The translations under genes were made by a program, and so were the position numbers. A DNA stretch of 64,000 bases from Pseudobdellovibrionaceae bacterium (lineage in GTDB: Bacteria > Bdellovibrionota > Bdellovibrionia > Bdellovibrionales > UBA1609), in contig JANXMF010000075.1 of the NCBI GenBank assembly GCA_025354795.1, forward strand, positions 3,161-67,160, written 5' to 3'. Below, one piece after another: positions 27,423-38,774 of this stretch; position 1 is the stretch's first letter, and the number at the start of each line of letters is the position of its first letter. The notes under the pieces were generated by a model that did no database searches, was not told the origin of the DNA, and saw only the letters and a list, made by a program, of their open reading frames with translations.

Positions 27423-27669
27423 GAAAAAGTCGGGGGCACGGTTTAAATAGTAGTTGGTATTTTGTCGGGCGTTTGCGTTTTCTTGGCGGGTGGTACGCTA
27501 CTCTATATATATAAAGCTAGCTTACTGACTTTACCTTTTTACACTCTCTGTCAGAAAGATACACAATAAATGGATGCCCAAGGGCCCCGGCCCATCTACC
27601 TACAAATGACATCAATTTTCCTACAAATTCAGTAAATTACACATGTACTTCCTACACCCCTGGCGGACT

Positions 27670-27685
27670 CGGCACGTGGCTTGCT
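27670..27685 (+). promoter_or_regulatory. sigma54 (-24/-12) promoter
   Basis: CGGCACG-TGGC-TTGCT matches TGGCACG-N4-TTGCW; upstream TGT-N11-ACA at 27549-27565 is a possible enhancer site. Confidence 0.6.
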
Positions 27686-27738
27686 TAGGGATCTACCCGT
27701 AACGAATGACTCGTTAACCTTTACCAGAGGGGTAGAAC

Positions 27739-28905
27739 ATGAAGTTCAGTAAATTGGTCGCAATTCTCGCGATCGCAGCATTGGCGGCCAACGCCAACGC
27801 CTACAACGACGGAACACTCCGCCGCTCAGCCACGGTGGCGCAAGCCGATTACGACGCCAACCGTGAAGTCAATATCAACATCAACACCAACGCCAACACC
27901 GCGTCACAAGCGCAGGCAGCGTCGGCTCAGCAGCAAGTGCAACAGCCTGTGCAGCAGCCGATCACGGTGGTGGAAGCGTCGCCGGTTTCGGACTCGCGCG
28001 CTGAGGCTCTGCGCAAAGCCCGCCTCGGAGCCGAAGTGCAGACCGAGCAAAAGATAGTTGAAAAGCTTGAAGACTCGCGCTTGCAAGAAGAGCGTGCGCG
28101 CGCCGATCGTCTTTTTGGCAACAAATTAGACTCACAGCCTCAGGTGGTGCTGGTCCCGGCAAGTGTGCCGCAACCGCCTCCTCCTGTACAACAGGCGCCG
28201 CCCCCGGCTTCCATTGTGCAAGAGAAGAACACACAGGTGACGATTGAAAAAGTGGAAATCATCCAGCCCAAAGAGGAGCGTCGGCATGAACCCGAAGCTC
28301 GCATCACGGCCGCACGTGAACACGAGGATGAGCGCGGTCCGTCTACCCAAAAATACTACGTCTCCGGTTTGCTTGGTAATATGAACTACGCGGCTGGCAA
28401 CGTGAAGAGCAATTACGCAATGGGTTTAGCGGTAGGCACGATCATTGACGAGCGCATCGGCATTGAACTTTCTTACTTACACTCCAGCCACGACGTCGAT
28501 ACTTATTGGGACGACCCGATCTATCGCACGCTCGAGCAAAACGACCTGACCGCCGCCGGCAAATATTACTTGTTGCAGGGACGACTGAAGCCTTATGTCG
28601 GTGCATCTATCTCGTACGTAATGCGTAAGTATCAAGACCGAGTTTATGGCTATCCGTATTCGAACAATTCGACCAATTCCGTCAGCACCAACTCGGTGGA
28701 TTTCGGGCTCTTGGGTGGCGCGGACTTCGAATTGACTGAACGTTTCGCAGTTGGACTCGGCGCGGACTATAACTTCAACGTCATGAGCACCAGCCAGGTT
28801 CGTCGTAGTGACTACTCTTACTACGGTTATAAGCCGGACAACACGACGCCGCTTGAAAAACTTGCTTACTGGACGATCAAGCTCAACGCAAAGTTTATGT
28901 TCTAA
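27739..28905 (+). CDS. outer membrane beta-barrel protein with long periplasmic N-terminal region
   Basis: Signal peptide; Gln/Pro-rich and coiled-coil segment; amphipathic strands (LKPYVGA); C-terminal Phe. Confidence 0.8.
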   Translation: MKFSKLVAILAIAALAANANAYNDGTLRRSATVAQADYDANREVNININTNANTASQAQAASAQQQVQQPVQQPITVVEASPVSDSRAEALRKARLGAEVQTEQKIVEKLEDSRLQEERARADRLFGNKLDSQPQVVLVPASVPQPPPPVQQAPPPASIVQEKNTQVTIEKVEIIQPKEERRHEPEARITAAREHEDERGPSTQKYYVSGLLGNMNYAAGNVKSNYAMGLAVGTIIDERIGIELSYLHSSHDVDTYWDDPIYRTLEQNDLTAAGKYYLLQGRLKPYVGASISYVMRKYQDRVYGYPYSNNSTNSVSTNSVDFGLLGGADFELTERFAVGLGADYNFNVMSTSQVRRSDYSYYGYKPDNTTPLEKLAYWTIKLNAKFMF

Positions 28906-28945
28906 ACTGAACTTGGATTTTGTTCCGCCCTCTGGTTCTTAGGGC

Positions 28946-28976
28946 ACCGGACCTTGCTTGCAAGGTCCGGTTTTTT
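28946..28976 (+). terminator. intrinsic terminator
   Basis: ACCGGACCTTG-CTTG-CAAGGTCCGGT hairpin followed by a T run. Confidence 0.85.
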
Positions 28977-29013
28977 GTTGAATCACCTCGCCATTTTCTG
29001 GCATGATCTGCCT

Positions 29014-29646
29014 ATGCCCACACACATTTTATGCACACTTGTCTTGCTCGCCACCATAGCTCGGGCGGAGCTGATCTCAACCGGCGTTGGCGTCGTGCGT
29101 GGCCGGGTCGTCACTAGCCGCGAAGTGCAAATGCAAAATTTGCTAGAAGCCGTTCTTTACAGTAAGACACCGGTGAAGGAACTTCGGCTTCTGGCTCTCG
29201 ACTCGAAAGCCTTCAGCAAGGCCACCCAAGACAGCCTGTTGGAAACCGTCGTGGCCATGGAAGCGCAAAGCTTCAATGTCATTCAGCTAGGCCCCGGCGA
29301 GGTAAAAGACGCCGAGAAGAAGGCGCTGAAAACACTTAAGAATACCGGGGCATGGAAAACCTTGGAGGTGGCGCCACATGAGCTTGAGGACGGGCTTAAG
29401 CGCAAGCTTCAGGCGAAAAAATTTGTGCAGTTTCGGGCGCAATCCTCGGTGCTGCCGGTGACCGACAGCGAGGCCCAGCGCTATTATAACGAAAATCCGC
29501 TCAAGTTCGACGGTTTGCCGTTTGAAAATTTAAAAGAAAATATTAAGACATTGCTTGGCCGCGCCCAGGTGGACCGCCGCCTGAAGGACTGGTACGACGT
29601 TTTGCTCAACAAGTATCAAGTCAAAAATTTGATTGCGGAGATTTAG
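29014..29646 (+). CDS. SurA N-terminal-like periplasmic protein
   Basis: Signal peptide, V.G.VVTSREV and VTDSE...YY.EN motifs; start moved downstream of the terminator. Confidence 0.55.
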   Translation: MPTHILCTLVLLATIARAELISTGVGVVRGRVVTSREVQMQNLLEAVLYSKTPVKELRLLALDSKAFSKATQDSLLETVVAMEAQSFNVIQLGPGEVKDAEKKALKTLKNTGAWKTLEVAPHELEDGLKRKLQAKKFVQFRAQSSVLPVTDSEAQRYYNENPLKFDGLPFENLKENIKTLLGRAQVDRRLKDWYDVLLNKYQVKNLIAEI

Positions 29647-30119
29647 TGACCGACGATTCTGCGGAAATTGAAGTGCTAACTTTGCGCCATTTGCCTGAAC
29701 TGGCGACGATTATGGAAAAGGTTTATCAGAACGCCACCGGTCCTATCGGCGGAGAGTGGACCCGCGATCTGCTCAAACATGAATTGGGAATCGGCCAGGG
29801 CGTGGGTCTAAAAGTCGACGGTTTTGGGCTCGCCGCCTTCGTGTTGTTTCGCCTTTATGACAAGCATCGCGAAATCACGGTGCTGGCGACTCATCCGGAG
29901 CGTCACCGCCGCGGCGACATGGCGTTTCTTATGTCTTACATGCTCGAACGCAGGTCTCCAAGCGAAGGCATTTGGCTTGAAGTGCATGCGCAAAACAACG
30001 CGGCCTTGGCTCTCTACGAATCTCTAGGCTTCCAGCAGGTGGGACGCCGCACAAAATATTATCGCGATGGCGGCGATGCCGTCCTACTGACTTTGGTGCC
30101 GCAGCCTCCAGCACCCTAA
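29646..30119 (+). CDS. RimI-like GNAT N-acetyltransferase
   Basis: LAT.P...RRG, LEV...N.AA..LY..LGF and R..YY.DG.DA motifs. Confidence 0.85.
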   Translation: MTDDSAEIEVLTLRHLPELATIMEKVYQNATGPIGGEWTRDLLKHELGIGQGVGLKVDGFGLAAFVLFRLYDKHREITVLATHPERHRRGDMAFLMSYMLERRSPSEGIWLEVHAQNNAALALYESLGFQQVGRRTKYYRDGGDAVLLTLVPQPPAP

Positions 30120-30168
30120 GTTATAAAGACTTGCCATCCCTAAGGAAATCCTGTTATTTGTGTTCCCG

Positions 30169-30197
30169 AAAGAGGGCCGAAATGCCCTCTTTTTTTT
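30169..30197 (+). promoter_or_regulatory. rimP leader hairpin / attenuator
   Basis: AAGAGGGC-CGAAAT-GCCCTCTT plus a T run, between a TTGCCA -35-like site (30131) and rimP. Confidence 0.7.
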
Positions 30198-30226
30198 ATC
30201 TATATATAGTTGAACAGGGAGTGGAA

Positions 30227-30724
30227 TTGCTGTCCGACAGCCAACTGGTGCAGATTCGCCAATTTGCGGAAGAAGTCGCTGTGCGCGAAGGCTGTTTGTT
30301 ATATGATCTAGAATTCCACGACGGTCCCGCGCGCTCGCTGCGTGTATATATAGATAAAGCCGAAGGCGGCGTGAGCATTGATGACTGCGCCAATGTGTCG
30401 CGTGGATTGAACCTGCGCCTGGACGTTGAAGACGTCATTCCCGGTGGTCGTTACGACTTGGAAGTTTCTTCTCCAGGTCTGGATCGCAAGCTGACCCAAT
30501 TGTGGCATTTTGCGAAGGCGGTCGGCAAGCGCGTGCGTTTGAAGTACTGGAGCGCCGAGCGTGTGACTCAGCCCTATGAGGGCGAGTTGAAGGCAGTGGA
30601 AGAGACGCGATTGAGTTTTGAAAATGCAAAAGGTCCGTTTGATGTGGAATTTGCGAATGTGCAAAAGGCTTGCATCCTGTTGGCTGAGGCCGTGGCAAAA
30701 AAGCCCGGTAATAAGAAGAGGTAA
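30227..30724 (+). CDS. rimP: ribosome maturation factor RimP
   Basis: LRVYID, DDCA.VSR and LEVSSPGLDR motifs; TTG start after GGAG inferred. Confidence 0.93.
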   Translation: MLSDSQLVQIRQFAEEVAVREGCLLYDLEFHDGPARSLRVYIDKAEGGVSIDDCANVSRGLNLRLDVEDVIPGGRYDLEVSSPGLDRKLTQLWHFAKAVGKRVRLKYWSAERVTQPYEGELKAVEETRLSFENAKGPFDVEFANVQKACILLAEAVAKKPGNKKR

Positions 30725-30726
30725 AA

Positions 30727-32142
30727 GTGGCAGAAAATAATATGTTCACCGATTTAGGCCGATTGATTGAGCAACTCGGCAAAGACAAAGGCATCGACCG
30801 TGCGGTGGTGATTGAAGCCATCGAAAATGGCATGGAGCTTGCGGCCCGCAAAAAATTTGGCACCTATCGCGAGATCGAAGCCAAATACAACGAAGAAGTC
30901 GGCGAAGTTGAACTCTTCGAATTCAAAGAAGTGGTGAAAGACGAGGACTTCATCGATGAAGAAGTTGAAATCAAATTGACCGAAGCCTTGGTGCTTGATC
31001 CCGAAGCCCAGCTGAACGACTCCATCGGCCGCAAACTCGAAGGCGGAGACCTCGGCCGCATTGCCGCGCAGACCGCAAAACAAATCATCATGCAAAAAGT
31101 CCGCGAGGCCGAGCGCGATATTATTTTCGCGGAATTCGAGCAGCGCAAAGGCGAAATCGCATCGGGCATCGCCCGCCGGGTGGAACGTGGCGCTATCGTG
31201 GTGGATTTGGGTCGCACCGAGGCTTACATTCCGCCACGCGAACAAATTCCGGGCGAAGTTTACAAACCGGGCGACCGCATACAAGGCTATATCGCTGATG
31301 TGCGTGCTTCATTGCGCGGTCCGCAGATCATCATGTCGCGCGCGGATGAACGTTATCTGATGAAACTTTTTGAAGTGGAGGTTCCTGAAATTTACGATGG
31401 TATTGTGGAAATCGTCGCGGCCGCGCGTGAGCCGGGCCAGCGCGCCAAGATCGCCGTGCGCAGCAAAGATGCCGCGGTCGATCCAGTCGGCGCATGCGTC
31501 GGCATGAAGGGCAGTCGCGTGCAAAACATCGTGCAAGAGTTGCGCGGTGAAAAAATCGATATCGTGAAATACGACGACGACGTCGCGCGCTTTGTTTGTA
31601 ACGCCCTAGCGCCGGCTGAAATCTCTAAAGTGTTTGTCGACGAGGGCAATCGCGAAATGGAAGTGGTCGTGCCCGACACTCAACTTAGTCTTGCGATCGG
31701 CAAAAAAGGCCAGAACGTGCGTCTGGCTGCCAAGCTCACGCACTGGAAGCTCGACATTTTGTCGGAAGCGAACCTGGCTTCCAAAACTGCGCAGGCCATT
31801 TTGAATCTCATGCTCATTCCGGGCATGAACGAAACCATGGCGCAAAATATTTATCAGTCAGGATTCTCTAGCTGCCAAGCGCTAGGCGAAGCCGACGCCG
31901 CGGCCATTATGGCGATCCCGGGTTACGATGAAGAACCGAAAGCACAAAAACTGCTCGATGATGTTCATGCTCTGATTGCCCAATACAAAGCCGAAGGCAA
32001 AAAATTGCCCACGGTTTCCGCTAAAGGTGCGGACATCGGTGCCCCGCGGGCCGCCCAGTCCTCACAAGATGCGAAGAGCCAGGCCGATGCTCGCCTGCGT
32101 GAGGAAATGGCACAGTTAAACGCTAAGAAGGAGATTGAGTGA
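30727..32142 (+). CDS. nusA: transcription termination factor NusA
   Basis: GRIAAQTAKQ, REPG.RAK, GACVG..GSR and AIGK.GQN motifs. Confidence 0.97.
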   Translation: MAENNMFTDLGRLIEQLGKDKGIDRAVVIEAIENGMELAARKKFGTYREIEAKYNEEVGEVELFEFKEVVKDEDFIDEEVEIKLTEALVLDPEAQLNDSIGRKLEGGDLGRIAAQTAKQIIMQKVREAERDIIFAEFEQRKGEIASGIARRVERGAIVVDLGRTEAYIPPREQIPGEVYKPGDRIQGYIADVRASLRGPQIIMSRADERYLMKLFEVEVPEIYDGIVEIVAAAREPGQRAKIAVRSKDAAVDPVGACVGMKGSRVQNIVQELRGEKIDIVKYDDDVARFVCNALAPAEISKVFVDEGNREMEVVVPDTQLSLAIGKKGQNVRLAAKLTHWKLDILSEANLASKTAQAILNLMLIPGMNETMAQNIYQSGFSSCQALGEADAAAIMAIPGYDEEPKAQKLLDDVHALIAQYKAEGKKLPTVSAKGADIGAPRAAQSSQDAKSQADARLREEMAQLNAKKEIE

Positions 32143-34952
32143 ATCAATTGAAAGTCTTTGAGTTTGCCAAAGAAATTGGCGTCGAAACTTTAGTTCTGAT
32201 GGATAAGATTCGCGAGTGGAAGCTTCCGGTGCGAAGTCATATGGCCACTCTCGACGATCAAATGATGGCGGAAATCAAGACACGCCTGCAGGCGGCGACG
32301 CAAACGGCGGCAGATGACGCCGCCAAGGCGAAAAAGAAAGCCGTGCGCAAGAAAGCTGCGGGTGACACCGAATCCGCTGGCTTGACGGCCTCTGCTAGCA
32401 AAGCCAAAGCGACGAAAAGCACAACTGTGGCCAAGAAAGCGAGCGGCAGCAAAGCCGTAGTTAGCAAAGTGGCCACTAAGCAAACGGCTGTCACCAAGCC
32501 GACCACGGCTAAGACCCAGGCGGCAAAAGTCTTGTCGGAAAAGGCCGCGGCCATTGAAGCTGAATCGGGACCTTCCCTGCAAGCTCGTTCCACGGTGATT
32601 CGCCGTAAGGCCGGCGAAGCTGAAGCCAAGGCGCTTGAAGCTGCCGCTTTAGAAGCCCAAAATGCAGCCGCTGCGGCCGCTGCCGCCGAAAATTCTACTG
32701 AAGAATCTGATCCGACCGTCATAGGCGTTCTAGAGTCCGGTGTTGCGCCCGCGACCGACAGCCCCGAGACTTTGGCGGCGCGAGGGGAAGAGCCCAACCG
32801 GCGCCGCAATATCGTTGGGCGGATGGACCTACGCCGTGTGACGAATATTCAAGGACCGGGCGGAGCGCCAGGAACAGCCGCCTCTCCCGGAAGTCCGCGT
32901 TTGTCACGCACAGCTCCGCGCAATATCCGCACCGGCTTTTATTCCGCTGAGCCAATGGTGACTCCCGATCCGTTTGCGGTCCACACCGGTCGAATCGAGG
33001 TCAAAGACGATAAAAATAAGAAACGCCCAGGTCCTGGGGCTGGCGGCGGCGGCGGCGGCGGCGCGCGCGAAGAAGAAGTTAAGATCTTCACCGCGACTGA
33101 ATTCCGCAAACGCGAAGTGATTTTTCAGCCGAAAAAGAAAAAAGCGATCATGGGCCGTGAGGCCAAGAAGACCCAACTCACCACCCCCGCCGCGCACAAG
33201 CGCGTGGTCAAGGTGAACGGCACTATCACGCTGCAAGTTTTGGCCAACGAGATGGGCCTTAAGGCGCCCGTGCTGATGAAGAAGCTGATGGCTGAAGGTG
33301 TACAGGCCGCGATGAATACGGATCTGGATTTTGACACAGTAGCCTTGATTGCGCCCGAATTTGGCTGGGAAGCGCAAAATGTGCATCGCTCAGTCGCTCA
33401 ATTGATTTCCGCCAGTTCCACCGGCGCCGCCGATGCCGAGCGCGTGCATCGCCCGCCCGTGGTGACGGTGATGGGACACGTCGATCACGGCAAAACAACT
33501 TTACTGGACTCGATTCGCAAAGCGCGCGTGGCGCAAGGTGAAGCCGGAGGCATTACTCAACATATCGGTGCCTATTCGGTGACACTCGATGACGGCCACA
33601 AAGTAACATTCATCGATACTCCCGGCCATGAGGCTTTCACCGCCATGCGTGCGCGTGGTGCGAATGTTACGGATATCGCGATCATCGTGGTCGCGGCTGA
33701 CGACGGCATGATGCCGCAGACCGCAGAAGCCATCAATCACGCCAAAGCGGCGAAGGTGCCAATCATTGTCGCGGTCAATAAAATGGATAAACCGGGGGCT
33801 AATCCCGATCGCATCAAGCAACAGCTCACTGAATTCGAATTGGTTCCTGAGGAATGGGGCGGCACGACGATTTATTGTCCCGTATCGGCCCTCAAAGGCG
33901 ACGGTATCAAAGAGCTTCTCGAGCAAATTATTTTGGTCGCGGAAATTCAAGAGCTTAAAGCCGATCCCAAACGTTCGGCCACGGGCATCGTGATCGAAGC
34001 GCGGATGGAAAAAGGCCGCGGAGTGATCGCTTCGCTGCTAGTTCAAGACGGCACCATCAAAGTGGGACAGACTATTGTGGCAGGTAAGGTTTCAGGCCGG
34101 GTGCGCAGTATGAGCAACGACAAAGGTGTGACTGTCAAAGAAGTTGGCCCCGGACTGCCGGTGGAAATTTTGGGTTTGCCCGAGACACCCATGGCCGGTG
34201 ACCGTTTTGATATTGTGACCGATGAAGTGGCCGCGCGCGAGATCGCCGAACAGCGCATTGGTTTAGTCAAAAAAGACGAGGCACCCAATTCGAAAATGAC
34301 TCTCGATCAGCTTTTCGCCCGAGTTAAATCTGGCGATGCTAAGGAGTTGGCGTTGGTTTTAAAAGCGGACGTGGCCGGCAGCTTAGAGGCGGTCAAAGGC
34401 ATGCTCGACAAGATCGGCAACTCCGAAGTGAAATTGAAACTGGTGCACTCCGCAGTGGGCGGCATTACCGAAACCGATGCGCTGCTAGCCAGTACGGCAA
34501 AGGGCGTGATCGTCGGCTTCAATGTGCGTCCCGATAGCGGCGCCACGCGAATCGCTAAAGAAAAAGGCATTGAAATCAAGACCTACTCGATTATTTACGA
34601 GTTAGTCGATGATCTCAAAAAAGCGCTTACCGGCTTACTCACACCCGAAGTGGTGGAAAAAGCCATGGGCCGCGCCGAAGTTCGCAACACTTTCACCGTG
34701 CCGAAGATGGGCATGATTGCCGGCAGTTTTGTGACCGAAGGCAAGATCGCGCGCAATTATTCATTGCGCTTGGTGCGTGACGGAAAAATTATTTTCGAAG
34801 GCAAAGTGGGCAGTCTCAAACGCTTTAAGGACGACGTCAAAGAAGTTACTTCTGGGTTTGAGTGCGGTATTGGCATCGAAAACTTTAACGACATCAAAGT
34901 GGGCGACGTCATCGAGTCTTTCGTTAAAGAAGAGCAGTTGCGGGAGCTCTAG
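32139..34952 (+). CDS. infB: translation initiation factor IF-2
   Basis: [25 protein letters not shown] and NKMD motifs. Confidence 0.98.
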   Translation: MNQLKVFEFAKEIGVETLVLMDKIREWKLPVRSHMATLDDQMMAEIKTRLQAATQTAADDAAKAKKKAVRKKAAGDTESAGLTASASKAKATKSTTVAKKASGSKAVVSKVATKQTAVTKPTTAKTQAAKVLSEKAAAIEAESGPSLQARSTVIRRKAGEAEAKALEAAALEAQNAAAAAAAAENSTEESDPTVIGVLESGVAPATDSPETLAARGEEPNRRRNIVGRMDLRRVTNIQGPGGAPGTAASPGSPRLSRTAPRNIRTGFYSAEPMVTPDPFAVHTGRIEVKDDKNKKRPGPGAGGGGGGGAREEEVKIFTATEFRKREVIFQPKKKKAIMGREAKKTQLTTPAAHKRVVKVNGTITLQVLANEMGLKAPVLMKKLMAEGVQAAMNTDLDFDTVALIAPEFGWEAQNVHRSVAQLISASSTGAADAERVHRPPVVTVMGHVDHGKTTLLDSIRKARVAQGEAGGITQHIGAYSVTLDDGHKVTFIDTPGHEAFTAMRARGANVTDIAIIVVAADDGMMPQTAEAINHAKAAKVPIIVAVNKMDKPGANPDRIKQQLTEFELVPEEWGGTTIYCPVSALKGDGIKELLEQIILVAEIQELKADPKRSATGIVIEARMEKGRGVIASLLVQDGTIKVGQTIVAGKVSGRVRSMSNDKGVTVKEVGPGLPVEILGLPETPMAGDRFDIVTDEVAAREIAEQRIGLVKKDEAPNSKMTLDQLFARVKSGDAKELALVLKADVAGSLEAVKGMLDKIGNSEVKLKLVHSAVGGITETDALLASTAKGVIVGFNVRPDSGATRIAKEKGIEIKTYSIIYELVDDLKKALTGLLTPEVVEKAMGRAEVRNTFTVPKMGMIAGSFVTEGKIARNYSLRLVRDGKIIFEGKVGSLKRFKDDVKEVTSGFECGIGIENFNDIKVGDVIESFVKEEQLREL

Positions 34953-34958
34953 TAAAAA

Positions 34959-35318
34959 ATGGATAAGTCTACTCGGGTACAACGAGTCGAGCGCGAGCTG
35001 CTCGAATCGCTCGCGCAGTTTCTTTTGCATGAGCTAACCACGCCGCTACCGTGCTACGCCTCCATCACCGCGGTGGAAGTCAGCCCCGATCTGCGCTATG
35101 CGCGGGTGTTTTTTCGCTTGGTGGGGAAGGAAGGCGCCACCCGCCGCGCCGAAGAGGAATTGGCTGGGCTGCGCGGTGTCTTCCAAAAGCATGTGGCTAA
35201 GAATGTGAAAATGAAATTTTGCCCGGTTTTGAAATTCGAATTTGGTAAAGTCACCGAGCGCGACGAAATCGATGTCTTGCTCGAAAACATGCGTAAACCA
35301 AAGCAGTTTGGAGATTGA
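34959..35318 (+). CDS. rbfA: 30S ribosome-binding factor
   Basis: R.QRV, IT.VEVSPDL..A.VF and P.LKF motifs; operon position. Confidence 0.93.
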   Translation: MDKSTRVQRVERELLESLAQFLLHELTTPLPCYASITAVEVSPDLRYARVFFRLVGKEGATRRAEEELAGLRGVFQKHVAKNVKMKFCPVLKFEFGKVTERDEIDVLLENMRKPKQFGD

Positions 35319-36250
35319 TTTTGCAAAACCTCGACGGATTATTGCTTGTGGACAAGCCCGCTTCCATCACCAGTCATGATCTGGTTCATCGCGTGCGCAA
35401 AGCGCTTAAACAAAAAAGTGTTGGTCACACCGGCACGCTGGATCCGCTCGCCACGGGACTGATGATTCTGGTCTTGGGCGAGGCCACCAAACTGTCGGAT
35501 TATTTGGTGATGGAAAACAAATCCTATTGGCTCAAGCTCCGGTTGGGTATTACCACCGACACCTTGGATCGAACCGGCAAAATTTTGAGCGAAACGCCGT
35601 GCGCGTTTTCGCCCGAGGCGCTTGCCGCTGAGGTAACGAAGCTGCAAGGGGATTTTCATTGGCCAGTGCCGCTGTTTTCGGCGGCAAAGGTCGATGGCAA
35701 AAAGCTTTACGAATATGGCCGCAGTGGCGAGGCGATCGAGCTGCCGCTCAAAGACATGGCGTTTTGGGATGCGCGGCTGGAAGATCAAAGTGCCACGATG
35801 GCGCAGCTCACGATCAGCTGTTCGAAGGGAAGCTTTGTGCGCACCTGGGCCGACATGCTGGGTGTGGCTTTGGGGGTTGGCGGTGTGGTGGACGAACTTC
35901 GACGTTTGACCGTGGGTCCCTTTTCGGTCAGCGATGCGTTAGATATCGCGCGTCTTGAGCAAGACCCTGAAGCCGCTCTGGGCGCGGCTTTTGTGCCCAT
36001 GAGCCAGGCGCTCCCAAACTGGAAATCGTTGATCGCGACCCCCAAAGACGCGCGTTTGGTGAGCAATGGCCAGGTGCCGCGGGATCTTCTCAATCGCTTG
36101 GTTTTTGAACAAAAGCAGGCTCACGAGCAAGGTAAGCCCATTCACGTCAAGGTGATTTCGATCGACGGCGATCTGCTCGCAATTTTAGCGGCTCAGCCTG
36201 GGCAGGGCGTTAAGATCCGGCGAGTTTTCAACAGCGCGCGAGTACATTAA
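35315..36250 (+). CDS. truB: tRNA pseudouridine(55) synthase
   Basis: VDKP..ITS, VGHTGTLDPLATG and CSKG...R motifs. Confidence 0.95.
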   Translation: MILQNLDGLLLVDKPASITSHDLVHRVRKALKQKSVGHTGTLDPLATGLMILVLGEATKLSDYLVMENKSYWLKLRLGITTDTLDRTGKILSETPCAFSPEALAAEVTKLQGDFHWPVPLFSAAKVDGKKLYEYGRSGEAIELPLKDMAFWDARLEDQSATMAQLTISCSKGSFVRTWADMLGVALGVGGVVDELRRLTVGPFSVSDALDIARLEQDPEAALGAAFVPMSQALPNWKSLIATPKDARLVSNGQVPRDLLNRLVFEQKQAHEQGKPIHVKVISIDGDLLAILAAQPGQGVKIRRVFNSARVH

Positions 36251-36378
36251 AAACATATCTGAAATCAAGGCTTTACTTGACGTTTGCCATCCCTTGTTAC
36301 TAAACCTAAGGCTTAATCCGACTCAAAGGCACGAACGCCAAACGTCCCGAGGGTCCAATTTTTTGGAGGCAAAAAGCG

Positions 36379-36648
36379 ATGGCATTACTCAAGTCAGACA
36401 AAGAAGAAGTGATCAAAAAATTCCGCTTATCCGATCTCGACACGGGCTCTTGCGAAGTGCAAGTGGCGCTGATCACCACGCGTATTCAAGAATTGACTGG
36501 GCACTTTAAAGATCACAAAAAAGATGTGAACTCCCAGCGCGGTCTGGTGAAAATGGTCAACCGTCGGCGCAAACTTCTAGCGTACCTCAAGCGCACCAAC
36601 AATCAACGCTACGTAAAACTCATCCATGGCTTAGGCTTAAGGAAATAA
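36379..36648 (+). CDS. rpsO: 30S ribosomal protein S15
   Basis: DTGS.EVQVA, H.KD..S.RGL and LGLRK motifs. Confidence 0.97.
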   Translation: MALLKSDKEEVIKKFRLSDLDTGSCEVQVALITTRIQELTGHFKDHKKDVNSQRGLVKMVNRRRKLLAYLKRTNNQRYVKLIHGLGLRK

Positions 36649-36656
36649 AATAAATC

Positions 36657-38774
36657 ATGAATAACAAACAAACGGTCACCGGCCGCGTAGGTGAAAGTAC
36701 GATTACAATTGAAACCGGACGCTTGGCGAAACAAGCCGACGGTTCCGTGCTGGTCACGTCTGGAAACAATATGGTTTTGGTCACCGCCGTTTCGGCGCGT
36801 GAACCTAAAGACGTCGACTTCTTTCCGCTCACGGTCGAATACCAAGAAAAATTCTATGCCACCGGGAAAATCCCTGGCGGTTATTTTAAACGCGAAGGTC
36901 GCCCGACCAACAATGCCACGCTGACTGCGCGGCTGATCGACAGGCCCTTACGTCCGACGTTTCCCGAAGGCTATCGTTACGAGACACAAGTCATCGCGAC
37001 CACGTTGAGCTATGACGGCACTTTCCCGATCGACGTTTTGGCTTCGCTCGGCGCATCGGCCGCGATTCATTTGAGCGATATTCCGTTCAATGGCCCGACC
37101 GCCGCCGTGCAAGTGGCGCGCATCAATGGCCAGTTGACGGTCAACCCTTCTCTTGTGGATCTGGAAAAATCCGATATGGATATCATCGTTGCGGGCACTC
37201 GCAACGGAATTTTGATGGTGGAAGGTGAAACCAAGTTTATCACCGAAGCGGACGTGCTAGCCGCGCTCAAGTTTGCGCACAAGTCGATGTTGCCGATGTT
37301 TGATATGCAAGATGAACTGCGCGGCAAAGTCGGCAATGTGGAAAAGCGCAAATTCACGCCGCCAACCATCGATGCGGACTTCTCCGGCCCAGTGAAAGCC
37401 TTTTTGGAGCCCAAGATTCGTGAAGCCCTGCAGATGCGCGAGAAAAATAAGCGCTATGACGCTTACGATGCGGTGAAGAACGAAGCTAAGGCGAAGTTCG
37501 TTGCCACCATCACCGATGACAAATTGCAAGGCAAACGCGGCAAAGAACTCAGCACCTTGATCGAAGATACCAAGTACAAACTAAGCCGCGATCTGGTGCT
37601 CGACACAGCTGTGCGTATCGACGGCCGTAAGACCACCGATATTCGTAACATCGCTTGTGAGGCGGCTTTGCTCCCGCGCGCGCATGGATCAGGGCTTTTC
37701 ACTCGTGGCGAGACGCAAGTCCTGGGCACGGTGACTCTCGGTACCGGTGACGATGAGCAATACATTGACGATCTTGCGGGCCTGACCAAAAAGCGTTTTA
37801 TGCTGCACTACAATTTCCCGCCGTTTTCGGTTGGTGAAGTGGGCCGCGTGGGCGCTCAGAGCCGGCGCGAAGTCGGTCATGGGTTTTTGGCGGAACGCGC
37901 GATTAAAGCAATCTTGCCGGATTTCGAAAAATTCCCGTACACCATTCGTATCGTGTCGGAAGTTTTGGAGTCCAACGGTTCTTCCAGCATGGGTACGGTT
38001 TGTTCCGGTACTATCGCATTGCTCGATGCGGGTGTCCCGATCAAAGGCAACGTCGCCGGTATTGCGATGGGTTTGATCAAAGAGGGCAGCAAAGTGGCTG
38101 TGCTTTCGGACATTCTGGGCGATGAAGATCATCTAGGCGATATGGATTTTAAAGTAGCCGGGACTCGCAAAGGTGTGACGTCGTTGCAGATGGATATCAA
38201 AATCGACAGCATCAGTTTTGAAATTATGGAACAGGCCTTGGCGCAAGCTTACGATGGCCGTAACCATATTTTGAACGAAATGGAAAAGGTGATTTCGCAG
38301 CCTCGCGGTGAGATTTCACAGTTCGCTCCTCGCATCGAGACCATCCGTATTAAACCGGACAAAGTGCGCGAAGTGATCGGTGCCGGCGGCAAAGTGATCA
38401 AGAGCATTATTGAAGAGACCGGAGTTAAGATTGATATCGAAGACGACGGCACGATTCATATCGCGTCGGCGGATCCCAAGGCCACCAAACGAGCGATTGA
38501 GATCATTAACGGAATTTGCGCCGAAGCCGAAGTGGGCAAAACCTATAGCGGTAAGGTCGTGAAGATCATGGATTTTGGCGCCTTTGTCGAAGTGCTGCCA
38601 AACACCAGCGGTTTACTGCATATTTCGGAAATCGCGCATGAGCGCATTCGCAACGTGACGGATGTTCTCAACGAGGGCGATACGGTTCAGGTCAAAGTTT
38701 TGGACATTGACCGCTCGGGCCGCATCAAACTTTCGCGCAAAGCTTTACTCGGGCCGCCCACGCAGCAGCAGTAG
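36657..38774 (+). CDS. pnp: polyribonucleotide nucleotidyltransferase
   Basis: FFPLTV, FTRGETQ, SNGSSSM and GDMDFKVAG motifs; KH and S1 domains. Confidence 0.98.
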   Translation: MNNKQTVTGRVGESTITIETGRLAKQADGSVLVTSGNNMVLVTAVSAREPKDVDFFPLTVEYQEKFYATGKIPGGYFKREGRPTNNATLTARLIDRPLRPTFPEGYRYETQVIATTLSYDGTFPIDVLASLGASAAIHLSDIPFNGPTAAVQVARINGQLTVNPSLVDLEKSDMDIIVAGTRNGILMVEGETKFITEADVLAALKFAHKSMLPMFDMQDELRGKVGNVEKRKFTPPTIDADFSGPVKAFLEPKIREALQMREKNKRYDAYDAVKNEAKAKFVATITDDKLQGKRGKELSTLIEDTKYKLSRDLVLDTAVRIDGRKTTDIRNIACEAALLPRAHGSGLFTRGETQVLGTVTLGTGDDEQYIDDLAGLTKKRFMLHYNFPPFSVGEVGRVGAQSRREVGHGFLAERAIKAILPDFEKFPYTIRIVSEVLESNGSSSMGTVCSGTIALLDAGVPIKGNVAGIAMGLIKEGSKVAVLSDILGDEDHLGDMDFKVAGTRKGVTSLQMDIKIDSISFEIMEQALAQAYDGRNHILNEMEKVISQPRGEISQFAPRIETIRIKPDKVREVIGAGGKVIKSIIEETGVKIDIEDDGTIHIASADPKATKRAIEIINGICAEAEVGKTYSGKVVKIMDFGAFVEVLPNTSGLLHISEIAHERIRNVTDVLNEGDTVQVKVLDIDRSGRIKLSRKALLGPPTQQQ

